Counted from the first letter of the stretch, positions 19,570 to 29,537 are shown. The stretch: 64,000 nucleotides of DNA from an uncultured Gammaproteobacteria bacterium (GCA_964588165.1 CAZPMS010000003.1:10031-74030), one strand, 5' to 3'. Program-made: numbers and translations. The notes: generated by a model not told the origin, from the letters alone.

Positions 19570-19970
19570 GATGTAGGAAAAAAGTAAAAATGAAGATTAT
19601 AGTTGGTTGTGAAAAAGTTGAGATAGAGAAAGATGAAGATAAAAGTATTAATGATCTTGGCAAAAACAGAAACTAAAGGATGGATATAAACGGAAAAGAT
19701 TATAGAGGATAGAATTTCATGAATTTAGATTGGTCAGGGAATTAAGGATAGGAATTTAAGAAAATGATTAATAACAGAAAAATAAGTGGCGAAAAAAGAT
19801 ATAGGCGTCAGAAAAAATAAAGAGATGATTAAAGGAAGTAATGAGAAGTGGAGTAGTGGTTTTAGAAAGTATATCAGAATTAAGGAGAAAAAAGCATTAT
19901 TAGGTAGTATAAGTAGTAAAGTAAATGGATTTCAGGGAAAAGAGGAATAAGAATGAGGTGAGGATTTTTA
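19570..19970. other. ~400-bp C-depleted (plus strand) low-complexity non-coding tract
   Basis: About 14 C counted in 19561-19970; only short ORFs. Confidence 0.7.
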
Positions 19971-19975
19971 TCTTC

Positions 19976-20160
19976 GGGGTATAATTTCACAACTGGCTAT
20001 TAAATTTTCAATTTACATTTTTTTGAGTCTTCTTCCAGAAAGAACTAAGGTTGGCTTTTCTATCCCGCAAAACTATGGAGGAACCATAGCGCGGCAAGGG
20101 ATATTTATTGGAGATTAAGACTAAAAATAGTCATAACCTCCACCCCCGCAGGGGACCTAG
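19976..20160 (-). ncRNA. Candidate rod-shaped ncRNA (6S-like size)
   Basis: Nested long-range helices with G-U pairs favouring the minus strand; TTGATT(20196-20191)-17-TATAAG promoter. Confidence 0.5.
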
Positions 20161-20281
20161 TAATTTACTTATAGAATATATTTACAAATTAATCAATACT
20201 TGACGAATATAAGCTTTTATGCTATATTTTAAATATTATAAAAAAATCAATGATTTTGAGGGGAATTAACCAATATTTTTT

Positions 20282-21367
20282 ATGGAAGAATCAATTTTAG
20301 ACAAAGTAATAGATAGCCAAAAATCAGCTGTGGTAATGGATTTCAACCCACAGCAAATTTTAAATTCCTTATTTAAACCATTAAACCAAAGGGAGGTTGA
20401 TGTTTTAACTTTAAGGCATGGCCTGGAAGACAATAAAAAAAAGACTTTAGAAGAAATAGGCAACAAATTTAATGTTACTAGAGAAAGAATCAGGCAAATA
20501 GAAAATACCGCCTTAAAAAAAGTTAGAAATAACGAAAACTTAGATGAACTTCTTAGGCCTGTTGAAGTAATTATAAACCAAACCCTAGAGGAGCATGGAG
20601 GAATTATGCAAGAAGATTCTTTAGTTAAAAAAGTTCTCTTGATTCCGGGTGAAAGCAAAGCGAGCTTCTCCTCCACCAAATTTATCCTTTCCCAACTTTT
20701 AAGCGAAAAATTACACTTTATTTGTACTGATGATAATCTTCATAATTGCTGGAAATTGCCAACTACTTCCATAGAAGAAATACAATCTATTATAAATAAA
20801 CTTATTGGCCAAATTGAAAAAGAAAATCAGCCTTTAGCAACCCAAAACATTATCCAACATTTGGAAGAAGATATGGAGGAGCATGTAGCTGAATCACTTT
20901 TAGAAATTAGCAAAAATGTTTCTACCAATCCTTTTAACGAATGGGGGATGGTTAACTGGAATTCCATTTCTTTAAAAAGAATGAGCGATAAAATTTTCTT
21001 AATTCTAAAAAAAGAAGCCAAGCCGCTTCATTTTACCGATATCGCAAAAAAGATTAACCAAGCCGGCTTTGACCATAAAAAAGCCAACCCTGCTACAATC
21101 CATAACGAACTTATTTTGGATAAAAAATATATTTTAATTGGCAGGGGAATTTATGCTCTAGAAGAATGGGGTTACAAACCAGGCGTTGTTGCCGAAGTAA
21201 TTTCGGAAGTTTTAAAAGAAGCCGGCATTCCTCTTTCTAGGGAAGAAATTATAGAAAAGGTTTTAGAAAAAAGAATGGTAAAAAGAAGTACCATTATTTT
21301 GGCGCTTATGAACAAAGATAAGTTTGCAAAAAATGAATCTGGTGAATATTTAATTGCTTCAAATTAA
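20282..21367 (+). CDS. Sigma70 region-4-like HTH plus winged-helix (HARE-HTH/RNAP delta-like) protein
   Basis: LRHGL..KTLEEIGNKFNVTRERIRQIE; PLHFTDIA, TIHNELI and GRGIYAL. Confidence 0.8.
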   Translation: MEESILDKVIDSQKSAVVMDFNPQQILNSLFKPLNQREVDVLTLRHGLEDNKKKTLEEIGNKFNVTRERIRQIENTALKKVRNNENLDELLRPVEVIINQTLEEHGGIMQEDSLVKKVLLIPGESKASFSSTKFILSQLLSEKLHFICTDDNLHNCWKLPTTSIEEIQSIINKLIGQIEKENQPLATQNIIQHLEEDMEEHVAESLLEISKNVSTNPFNEWGMVNWNSISLKRMSDKIFLILKKEAKPLHFTDIAKKINQAGFDHKKANPATIHNELILDKKYILIGRGIYALEEWGYKPGVVAEVISEVLKEAGIPLSREEIIEKVLEKRMVKRSTIILALMNKDKFAKNESGEYLIASN

Positions 21368-21412
21368 ACTTTAAATTTTTATTGGCTATATTTGGCCTAA
21401 ACAAAAACAAAA

Positions 21413-22951
21413 ATGGATATTACTATCGATTTAAGCAGATTTTTTGAACTGATTAATGAAGAGCCAGCTAGCCTTTTATGGTTTTTATTTACCCATGGCG
21501 GTTGGCTTGTTTTAATTATCGTAATTTTATCAATCTTCCTTTATCTTCGTTTATATAACCAGCAAAAAAAATATCTAGAGTCTGTAGAACAAACAATCTT
21601 GGCCATAGATATCCCTAAAGATAATGAACAAAGTTTAGTGGCAGCAGAACAAATATTCGCCAGCCTAGCCGGTATAAAACGCAGCGGCACTTTGGTTGAT
21701 AAATACTGGCACGGCAAAACACAGCTTTCTTTTAGTTTGGAAATTATTTCCCTGGAAGGCTATATTCAATTCTTAATCAGAACCCCTGTCCGATTTAAAG
21801 ATTTGGTAGAAGCTGCTATTTATGCCCAATATCCGGAAGCCGAAATTACCGAAGTAGAGGACTATGTTAAATCTATCCCGGATGATGTACATGAATTGGA
21901 TTCAGATTATAAACTTTGGGGTACAGAATTTAGATTGGATAAATTCAGCGCCTATCCTATAAAAACCTACCGAAGTTTTGAACATCCTTTAACTCAAACT
22001 TTTATAGACCCAATGGCTTCTATGCTGGAAGTAATGAGCAAGCTTGGCCCCGGTGAACAACTGGGCCTCCAGTTTGTAATTGCACCGGTAAATAATAAAT
22101 GGAAAGAAAGAGGCTACCAGCTTATAAAAAAATTAATTGGTGAAAAAGTTGATGCTAACAAAAATTTAGGAGATAAATTAGTAGAGTCTTCTGTAGAAGG
22201 TTTGGGAAAATTCAGCGAATCAATTTATAAAATTTGGGGCGATATTGAAGAAAAAAGAGATGATGATTCTGCGCATCCTAATTTATACCAATATTTAACT
22301 CAAAATCAAAAATTTGTGGTAGAAGCCATAGAAAACAAGCTCTCCAAAATTTCTTTTGCTACAACCTTTAGGGTTTATTATTTAGCCAACACTCAGCGCT
22401 ACCAAAGAGGCAAAGGTGTTAACCCAATAATTGGAGCCATTAACCAATTTAATTCATCCGATTTAAACTCATTCAAAAAAAATAAGAGGTTCACAACCGA
22501 TGCCCACTATTTTTTTGTGGATAAAAGAATTTCTAGAGTTCAAAAAAAACTGTTAAAATTATATAAGAAAAGATCCAGGAAAGGAACTTATGAATTTTAT
22601 TTAGGCACCGAAGAGCTGGCTACCTTATATCATTTCCCTATTATAACTGTTAAAGCTCCTTTACTAAAAAGAACGGAATCTAAAAAAGCAGAAGCTCCAA
22701 CTGCATTGCCTTTGGAGCAGCAAAGAGCCAGCGAGCTTTTTAACCCGCCCACTGAAGATATTTTACCCGCAGATGATGAAGAAAAGTTAGGGGAGCCGGA
22801 CCATAAAATTACCGAATCTTTGCCAGGCTATGATTTTGATAATGACTATTTTGAAGAAAAATTTAAAAAAGACGATTCTACAATAAAAACTCCCAGCCAG
22901 GAATTATCAAAAAAGGAGGACCCTCCCTCAAATTTACCAATTAGCCACTAA
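21413..22951 (+). CDS. Conserved CPR membrane-anchored partner of the TraG-like ATPase
   Basis: N-terminal TM helix; SLEI, IYAQYPEAEI, YPIKTY and ELATLYHFP motifs. Confidence 0.7.
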   Translation: MDITIDLSRFFELINEEPASLLWFLFTHGGWLVLIIVILSIFLYLRLYNQQKKYLESVEQTILAIDIPKDNEQSLVAAEQIFASLAGIKRSGTLVDKYWHGKTQLSFSLEIISLEGYIQFLIRTPVRFKDLVEAAIYAQYPEAEITEVEDYVKSIPDDVHELDSDYKLWGTEFRLDKFSAYPIKTYRSFEHPLTQTFIDPMASMLEVMSKLGPGEQLGLQFVIAPVNNKWKERGYQLIKKLIGEKVDANKNLGDKLVESSVEGLGKFSESIYKIWGDIEEKRDDDSAHPNLYQYLTQNQKFVVEAIENKLSKISFATTFRVYYLANTQRYQRGKGVNPIIGAINQFNSSDLNSFKKNKRFTTDAHYFFVDKRISRVQKKLLKLYKKRSRKGTYEFYLGTEELATLYHFPIITVKAPLLKRTESKKAEAPTALPLEQQRASELFNPPTEDILPADDEEKLGEPDHKITESLPGYDFDNDYFEEKFKKDDSTIKTPSQELSKKEDPPSNLPISH

Positions 22952-22959
22952 TTAAAATA

Positions 22960-24555
22960 ATGAAAAATGAAATAACAACTTTTGCCAAAACTAACTTCCG
23001 CAATCAGGAAACGAAATTTGGGATAAAAACCGACGACAGGCGTCGGCATATGTATTTGTTAGGCAAAACAGGCATGGGTAAATCAGTTACCTTGGAGAAT
23101 ATGATTATCCAAGATATTAAAAACGGCAAAGGCGTAGCTGTAGTAGATCCCCATGGAGAGCTGGCAGAAAAGGTTATAAAATTTATTCCCAAAGATAGGA
23201 TAAATGATGTTGTTTATATTAACCCGGCGGACTTGGATTTTCCGGTTGCTTTTAATGTTTTAGAACAAGTGGCGCCGGAGCACCGGCATTTGGTTGCCTC
23301 TGGCTTGCTCGGGGTATTTAAGAAAATTTGGGCAGATTCTTGGGGACCTAGATTAGAATATGTTTTAAATAATGCCATTATGGCCCTTTTGGAATACCCA
23401 GGAAGTACGCTTTTAGGAATTATGCGGATGTTAACTGATAAAGTTTTTAGGAAAAAAGTGGTTAACAAAATCAGCGATCCTGTGGTTAAAGCCTTTTGGG
23501 TGGATGAATATTCAAAATATCCAGATAGGTTCCAAGCCGAAGCAATAGCCCCTATCCAAAATAAAGTTGGCAGATTTTTATCCTCTTCTATGATGAGAAA
23601 TATCGTTGGCCAAGTAAAATCTTCTATTGATTTAAGAAAGGTAATGGACGAAAAGAAAATCTTGCTTTTAAACCTTTCTAAAGGCAGAATTGGTGAAGAT
23701 AACTCCGCTCTTTTAGGAGCGATGATTATTACCAAAATTCAGCTGGCAGCCATGAGTAGGGTAGAGATGTCTGAAGATAAACGGGAAGACTTCTACCTTT
23801 ACGTTGATGAATTCCAAAATTTTTCAACCGAAAGTTTCGCTAATATTTTATCTGAAGCAAGAAAATATAGGTTGAATATTATAATGGCGCACCAATATAT
23901 TGAACAGCTAAAAGATGAAACCAGAGCAGCTGTATTTGGCAATGTTGGCACTATTATCTCATTTAGGATTGGGGCAGAAGATGCAGAATTTTTAGCTAAA
24001 GAATTTAACCCCAGATTTGATGAAATTGATCTGGTTAACTTAAGCAAATACCATATTTATTTAAAGCTGATGATAGATGGAGTTTCATCTGAACCTTTTT
24101 CTGCAACTACTTTGCCGCCTGCTACAGAACCGGAAGAATGGGAAGAAAATTTAAAAAAAATAGTTGATGTTTCCAGGGAGAGATATTCTACCAAAAGGCC
24201 TGTTATAGAAGAAAAAATTTCCCGTTGGGCAAACTTGGAAACTGATTCTACCGATGATTCTCCCGATAAAGGCACCAGTAAAAATTACCGTGGCAGCAAT
24301 CCAAGATCAAATAATGATCAAGATCAGCCCAGGGTAGTGGCTACTTGCGATAATTGTGGCAATAAAACCATTTTAAATTTTGAACCTGATTTAAATAAGC
24401 CCATCTACTGCAAGGACTGCTTAAAGAAAAAATATAAAACTCCGGCCAAAAAAGAAGGCCTTGGTGAAAAAACCCAAAAACAAGAATCTATTTCACTTAA
24501 AAATGCTATGGACCAAAAGGTCCAGGATTTTAAAGGCGGCAGGAATAAAAATTAG
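22960..24555 (+). CDS. TraG/VirD4/HerA-like ATPase with C-terminal CxxC-x17-CxxC zinc ribbon
   Basis: GKTGMGKS Walker A, DPHGE, YVDEFQNF, EARKY and AHQY motifs; CDNC...CKDC. Confidence 0.85.
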   Translation: MKNEITTFAKTNFRNQETKFGIKTDDRRRHMYLLGKTGMGKSVTLENMIIQDIKNGKGVAVVDPHGELAEKVIKFIPKDRINDVVYINPADLDFPVAFNVLEQVAPEHRHLVASGLLGVFKKIWADSWGPRLEYVLNNAIMALLEYPGSTLLGIMRMLTDKVFRKKVVNKISDPVVKAFWVDEYSKYPDRFQAEAIAPIQNKVGRFLSSSMMRNIVGQVKSSIDLRKVMDEKKILLLNLSKGRIGEDNSALLGAMIITKIQLAAMSRVEMSEDKREDFYLYVDEFQNFSTESFANILSEARKYRLNIIMAHQYIEQLKDETRAAVFGNVGTIISFRIGAEDAEFLAKEFNPRFDEIDLVNLSKYHIYLKLMIDGVSSEPFSATTLPPATEPEEWEENLKKIVDVSRERYSTKRPVIEEKISRWANLETDSTDDSPDKGTSKNYRGSNPRSNNDQDQPRVVATCDNCGNKTILNFEPDLNKPIYCKDCLKKKYKTPAKKEGLGEKTQKQESISLKNAMDQKVQDFKGGRNKN

Positions 24556-24590
24556 TTTATATTACCGGCAAAATATGTTATAATTTTGCC

Positions 24591-25535
24591 ATGGAAAACC
24601 CGAAAACAACCGCAAAAAAAATTAAAGAGCTTAATATACAAGGAGCCCGAGCTATTGCCGTGGCTTCTTTATTATCGCTAAAAACATCAAGACGCGAAGG
24701 CGCTGAGTCGCAAAAGCGCAAAAGCGCAAAAGCTCAAAAACAATTTATTACCTCAATCAAAAAGGATGTTAATTTGCTAATTGATGCACGGCCCACCGAA
24801 CCTTTAGTCCAAAATACTCTTAATTTTGTTTTAACCCAAGTTAAACTTTATAAAAAATCAGATGTTAAAGGTTTAATTAATGTTGTTAAAGACACGGTTG
24901 ATTATCTGCTGGATGTTCTAAAAAATGCCCGCCTGGAAATTATCAAAACAGGGGAGAAGCTGATTAAATCTAAGCAAAACGTTTTTACCCATTGCCATTC
25001 ATCTACAGTTGAAGCAATTTTGATTAATGCCTGGAAAAATAATAAAAAATTTAAAGTTTTTAATACCGAAACCAGGCCACTGTTCCAAGGCAGATTAACG
25101 GCTAAGGCCTTAAGAAAACAAAATATTCCGGTTACTATGGTAGCAGATAGTGCTGCTTCGTTTTTAATTTCAGAAACTTCCGGCAAACAATTAATGATGG
25201 ATAAAATTTTACTGGGAGCAGACGCTGTTTTACCAGATGGATCTGTGATAAATAAAATTGGCAGTTTTGGCATTGCCCAAAGCGCCCATTTAAATAAAGT
25301 TCCGCTTTATGTGGTAACCAACTTGCTTAAATATGATACTGACGGCATTATTCCGATTGAGATACGAGCCGAAGAAGAAGTCTGGAAAAACAAACCTAAA
25401 GGTTTAAAAATTATTAACTTTGCTTTTGATACTATTCCAGCAAAATATATAACAGGTATTATTTGTGAATTCGGCGTTATAAAACCTTCTAAAATAAAAA
25501 CATTAATAAAAACTAACTATCCTTGGTTAAAGTAG
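24591..25535 (+). CDS. Ribose-1,5-bisphosphate isomerase (eIF-2B family)
   Basis: IQGA, RPTEP, THCHSSTV, ETRP, GADA and NKIG motifs; adjacent to RuBisCO. Confidence 0.9.
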   Translation: MENPKTTAKKIKELNIQGARAIAVASLLSLKTSRREGAESQKRKSAKAQKQFITSIKKDVNLLIDARPTEPLVQNTLNFVLTQVKLYKKSDVKGLINVVKDTVDYLLDVLKNARLEIIKTGEKLIKSKQNVFTHCHSSTVEAILINAWKNNKKFKVFNTETRPLFQGRLTAKALRKQNIPVTMVADSAASFLISETSGKQLMMDKILLGADAVLPDGSVINKIGSFGIAQSAHLNKVPLYVVTNLLKYDTDGIIPIEIRAEEEVWKNKPKGLKIINFAFDTIPAKYITGIICEFGVIKPSKIKTLIKTNYPWLK

Positions 25536-25538
25536 CCA

Positions 25539-25612
25539 CTACGAATTACTAATCAATACGAATATACCAATAATTTGTAATTCGTATATTTGTACAAATT
25601 CGTAATTAGTAG
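25539..25612. repeat. Palindromic 8-mer-period intergenic element
   Basis: ctacgaattactaat...ttcgtaattagtag; related copy at 37971-38060. Confidence 0.7.
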
Positions 25613-25624
25613 TAATTAAAACAT

Positions 25625-26887
25625 ATGAAAAAAACAAACTATATAAATCTAAAATACAAACCTGATCTTAAAAACGAAATTTTGGCTGAATATTACGTTG
25701 AATCAACTTTACCAATAAAACAGATTGCTGTAGAAGTTGCTAAAGAAAGTTCTATTGGAACTTGGACCAAACTGGCCGCTTTGGAAAGTAAATATTTCAA
25801 CAAACTGGCTCCACAGGTCTATTCAATAGATTCCAGAAAAAAAATCATAAAAATTGCTTACCCGTTGGATTTGTTTGAAATGAATAGTATTCCTCAACTT
25901 TTATCCAGTTTAGCCGGCAATATTTTTAGTATGAAGGTAGTTACTAAATTGAGGCTTTTAGACTTACACTTTCCGGAAAAATATATTAACAGCTACCAAG
26001 GTCCGGCTTTTGGCATTGATGGCATACGGAAAAAAATGGGCATTAAAAAACGACCACTCTTGGGATCAATTATAAAACCTAAAGTTGGTTTAACCTCTAC
26101 CGAACATGCCAACTTAGCTTATACCATTTGGAAAAGTGGAGTGGATGTGGTTAAAGATGATGAAAATTTAACAGACCAGCCATTTAACAGATTTACAGAT
26201 AGAGTAAGAAAGGTTATTAAACTCCGGAAGAAAGTAGAAAAAGAAACAGGCAAAAAAAAGCTTCATGTTTTTAATGTTACCGGCACTTCGGATATGATGT
26301 TAAAACGAGCCAAGTATGTTAAAAAAATGGGCGGTAAATGTGTAATGGTGGATATAGTTTCTACAGGACTTGATAATGTTCAATTTTTAAGAAAATGGAA
26401 TTTAGGTTTAATAATCCACGGCCACAGAGCAGGGCATTCCATGTTTACCCGCGACGAACACCACGGCATGACAATGTTAGTACTGGCTAAACTTGCACGC
26501 TTGGCAGGTATTGATCAATTACATACCGGTACAGTTGTTGGTAAAATGGATGGAGATAAAAAAGAAGTAACCACCATTAATAAATTATTAAAGGAAGACT
26601 GGAAGCATCATAACGCTCTAAAAGATAATTGGTCTAAGTTAAAACCAACCATGCCAATCGCCTCGGGCGGTTTACATCCTGCTTTAGTTGAAAAGATGAT
26701 AAAAATTTTAGGTAATGATGTTATCGTCAATTTTGGTGGGGGCTTACACGGCCATCCAGACGGAGCTGCCGCAGGTGCCAAAGCCTGCTTGGATGCAGTA
26801 ATGGCCACTCAAAAAAAATATACTTTAAAACAATACGCCAACAATCATCCTGAGCTAAAGAAGGCTTTGGAGTATTGGAAAGTCTAA
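25625..26887 (+). CDS. rbcL: RuBisCO large subunit, form III / III-like
   Basis: ESSIGTW, GN, KPKVGL, DVVKDDE, HGHRAGH, LHTGTVVGKM (loop 6), ASGG and GGG motifs all intact. Confidence 0.93.
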   Translation: MKKTNYINLKYKPDLKNEILAEYYVESTLPIKQIAVEVAKESSIGTWTKLAALESKYFNKLAPQVYSIDSRKKIIKIAYPLDLFEMNSIPQLLSSLAGNIFSMKVVTKLRLLDLHFPEKYINSYQGPAFGIDGIRKKMGIKKRPLLGSIIKPKVGLTSTEHANLAYTIWKSGVDVVKDDENLTDQPFNRFTDRVRKVIKLRKKVEKETGKKKLHVFNVTGTSDMMLKRAKYVKKMGGKCVMVDIVSTGLDNVQFLRKWNLGLIIHGHRAGHSMFTRDEHHGMTMLVLAKLARLAGIDQLHTGTVVGKMDGDKKEVTTINKLLKEDWKHHNALKDNWSKLKPTMPIASGGLHPALVEKMIKILGNDVIVNFGGGLHGHPDGAAAGAKACLDAVMATQKKYTLKQYANNHPELKKALEYWKV

Positions 26888-26918
26888 TTTTAAGCTGATT
26901 TTATTGATATAATCAATT

Positions 26919-26946
26919 AATTCGCATATATAGTGTTATGTGACAT
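26919..26946 (+). other. dif/pdif-like site
   Basis: AATTCGCATAT-ATAGTG-TTATGTGACAT. Confidence 0.55.
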
Positions 26947-27021
26947 GGTGCTTTTATAGCATAATAAAAACCCGCCGTTCGTACTAAACTACTAAGCGGG
27001 TAATAATGAGAGATGCCTGGA

Positions 27022-27201
27022 TCATTTTTCCTCGTATTCAATACAAGCAACGACGGGCCCACCGCGACCAATCTGACCATCTTCAGCAAGAGTCACACGG
27101 GTGACAGTCACCTCAATACCCCTATCCTTACGATTCTGAATGAACCATTTTGTAACCAGCATCTCAATCGTGCTTGCCTGAACTGTTGTTGTGTTTTTCA
27201 C
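27022..27201 (-). CDS. Small hypothetical protein between inverted dif-like sites
   Basis: AGGAGG SD before GTG at 27201; TTGACA at 27272-27267; downstream terminator at about 26965-27002. Confidence 0.55.
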   Translation of the reverse strand: MKNTTTVQASTIEMLVTKWFIQNRKDRGIEVTVTRVTLAEDGQIGRGGPVVACIEYEEK

Positions 27202-27309
27202 AATCAATCCTCCTGTGTAGGTATTAATATTTTGTAACAAGGAATAATAGCATACAAAAATTATTCTGTCAATAGTAAGTTAACTTAATTATTCTGTAGT
27301 TAATGCACC

Positions 27310-27337
27310 ACATCACATAACATCCCATATGCGGTTC
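27310..27337 (-). other. dif/pdif-like site, inverted relative to 26919
   Basis: Minus strand GAACCGCATAT-GGGATG-TTATGTGATGT. Confidence 0.5.
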
Positions 27338-27448
27338 TGTGTCCTTTCCCTTTCAGCTATAATTAAAAAAATAACATGAAATCAATTTTAGAATCAAAAT
27401 CAGCGTTAATAATAAAATCTTATAAAAAATAAACTAACAAATATATTT

Positions 27449-27871
27449 ATGAAAAATTACCATGAGGTTCCAAATATTTCAGTAGATAAAGCCCTGGAAG
27501 CTGTACAACATGCAGTTAGTATTGGTGCAGAACTTGGAGTTAAAGTATCAGTTTCAGTTGTAGATAAATCAATGAATTTAATTGCTTTTGCCAAAGCTGA
27601 TGGCGCAACTCCGCATAGTACTGATACCAGTAGAAAAAAGGCTAATACAGCTTCTTCTACCAGCAAAGCAACAGGCTGGATGAGTTCTGATATTGCAATT
27701 ACTCTGCCCATGGGAAGCAATAACAGGCTTACCAATGTTAATGGCGGTTCACCACTAATTTTTGACGGTAAGGTAGTCGGAGGCATTGGTGTTGCCGGCG
27801 GAACAGTAGATCAAGATCAAGAAGTAGTATCTAAGGTAATTGAAAAAATAGGTTCAGAGTTACCAAAATAA
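27449..27871 (+). CDS. GlcG/HbpS-family heme-binding protein
   Basis: VSVVD, DGA, KKANTA and GG.PL...GKVVGGIGVAGG...QD motifs. Confidence 0.88.
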   Translation: MKNYHEVPNISVDKALEAVQHAVSIGAELGVKVSVSVVDKSMNLIAFAKADGATPHSTDTSRKKANTASSTSKATGWMSSDIAITLPMGSNNRLTNVNGGSPLIFDGKVVGGIGVAGGTVDQDQEVVSKVIEKIGSELPK

Positions 27872-29110
27872 ATGAAACAAAATAAATACAGTTTAGCAGT
27901 AATAGGTGGTGGGCCGGCAGGCATGATGGCAGCCGGACACGCAGCAGAAAATGGAGCCAAAGTAATCTTGCTGGAAAAAAATGAAAGTTTAGGTGTAAAA
28001 CTGCAAATAACCGGTAAAGGCAGATGTAACATTACCAATGCCGAAGAAGATTTAAAAAAAATCATTGCCGTCTATGGCAAAAATGGAAGATTTTTATATT
28101 CTGCCTTAAATAAATTTTCTAATAAAGATGTTGTAGATTTTTTTGAAAAAAGGGGAATTAAAACCAAAGTGGAAAGAGGCAATAGAATATTTCCGGTTTC
28201 TAATAATTCTAAAACAGTTATTGATTGTTTAAAAAAGTATTTATTGGATAACGGAGTTTTAATAAAATTCAACCGTCCGGTAGAAAAAGTGGTAACTGAT
28301 GGTAAAAAAATAACAAAAGTTATTTTAAAAAATGGTGATAAAGTGGAAGCAGAAAATTTTGTTATTGCCACTGGCGGAAAGTCATACCCAGGAACCGGTT
28401 CTACAGGCGATGCCTATAAATGGTTAAAGCAAATAGGACATACTATAGTTGAACCAAAGCCAGTTTTAACACCGGTTATTGTAAAAGAGAAAATTGTAAA
28501 AAAGCTTGAAGGCTTAAGTTTAAAAAATGTAGAAGTAAGTTTATTTAATGGTAAAAAGATATGTTCACATTTTGGAGAAGCTTTATTTACCGCTAACGGC
28601 CTAAGCGGGCCAATTATTTTAAACTTAAGTAAAACGATTAGCGAAATTGATGAGAAGAATCTTAAACTGATTATTGACTTTAAACCGGCATTAGACTTCC
28701 CAACTTTAGATAAAAGGATTCAAAAAGATTTTGAAGAGCAAAATAAAAAGCAATTTAAAAACAGTTTGGATAAACTTTTGCCTAAAAAACTGATTCCGGT
28801 TATTATTGAACTTTCCGGTATTGATGAAAATAAAAAGGTAAACGAGGTAACTAAAGAAGAAAGAAAAAAACTAATTAAGTTATTAAAAGAATTTGAGTTG
28901 ACTGTTGATGGCTTAATTGGTTTTGAAAAAGCAATTGTAACGCAGGGCGGGGTAAATTTAAAAGAAGTTGATCCTAAAACCTTAAAGTCTAAACTGATCG
29001 ATAATTTATACTTTGCAGGGGAAGTATTGGATATTAACGGTCCCACCGGCGGTTATAATCTGCAGATAGCCTGGAGTACTGGCTACGCAGTTGGAGAAAA
29101 TAAATTTTAA
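27872..29110 (+). CDS. HI0933/YhiN-family flavoprotein
   Basis: GGGPAG, GKGRCNITN, ATGGKSYPGTGSTGD and GPTGGYNLQIAWSTG motifs. Confidence 0.93.
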   Translation: MKQNKYSLAVIGGGPAGMMAAGHAAENGAKVILLEKNESLGVKLQITGKGRCNITNAEEDLKKIIAVYGKNGRFLYSALNKFSNKDVVDFFEKRGIKTKVERGNRIFPVSNNSKTVIDCLKKYLLDNGVLIKFNRPVEKVVTDGKKITKVILKNGDKVEAENFVIATGGKSYPGTGSTGDAYKWLKQIGHTIVEPKPVLTPVIVKEKIVKKLEGLSLKNVEVSLFNGKKICSHFGEALFTANGLSGPIILNLSKTISEIDEKNLKLIIDFKPALDFPTLDKRIQKDFEEQNKKQFKNSLDKLLPKKLIPVIIELSGIDENKKVNEVTKEERKKLIKLLKEFELTVDGLIGFEKAIVTQGGVNLKEVDPKTLKSKLIDNLYFAGEVLDINGPTGGYNLQIAWSTGYAVGENKF

Positions 29111-29166
29111 CAAAAAGAAAACCGGGACAGTTTTGTAACCGTCCCGGAAAAAATCATGAATCATTA

Positions 29167-29358
29167 CTAAAACTTCACACACATGCCAGCTTCATTCTCA
29201 TCATGAGAACATCCAGCACTTCCGGATTGAAAGTGTACACAACCATTGACTTCACAATGACAGATAAATTGCACGTCATCATTAGGTGTGCCAATCTCCT
29301 CGGTACTCTCATTAGTACTTAAAGGATCAGTACTAATAGAATTGTCATGAGCTAACAT
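29167..29358 (-). CDS. Small acidic Cys-rich hypothetical protein (cassette)
   Basis: AGGAGG SD; TTGACG at 29448-29443; terminator 29120-29152. Confidence 0.55.
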   Translation of the reverse strand: MLAHDNSISTDPLSTNESTEEIGTPNDDVQFICHCEVNGCVHFQSGSAGCSHDENEAGMCVKF

Positions 29359-29460
29359 GGTTCCAACCTCCTGAATTGATCTATGAATTTGAATGAAATG
29401 TGCTTTTGCTTAATAAATATTTATATCATAAATAAATAATTTCGTCAATAATAAACATAA

Positions 29461-29535
29461 TTAGAATGCCAGGATGTCAGTTTTATTACTAACCTCCTAA
29501 CCTCCTGACATCCTAATTTCCTAACCTCCTAAAAC
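29461..29535. repeat. 8-mer (taacctcc-like) tandem and inverted repeat upstream of AMP phosphorylase
   Basis: aacctcctaacctcctgacatcctaatttcctaacctcct; aggatgtcag/ctgacatcct inverted pair. Confidence 0.7.
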
Positions 29536-29537
29536 CT

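Noticed and set aside
19590-19950. Chain of short plus-strand ORFs (8-41 aa) in the purine-rich tract
   Set aside because: Expected by chance in A/G/T-rich sequence; they lie downstream of the secF terminator with no clear promoter.
25625-26887. Calvin-cycle autotrophy
   Set aside because: No rbcS or phosphoribulokinase is in the window; the context is the AMP salvage pathway.
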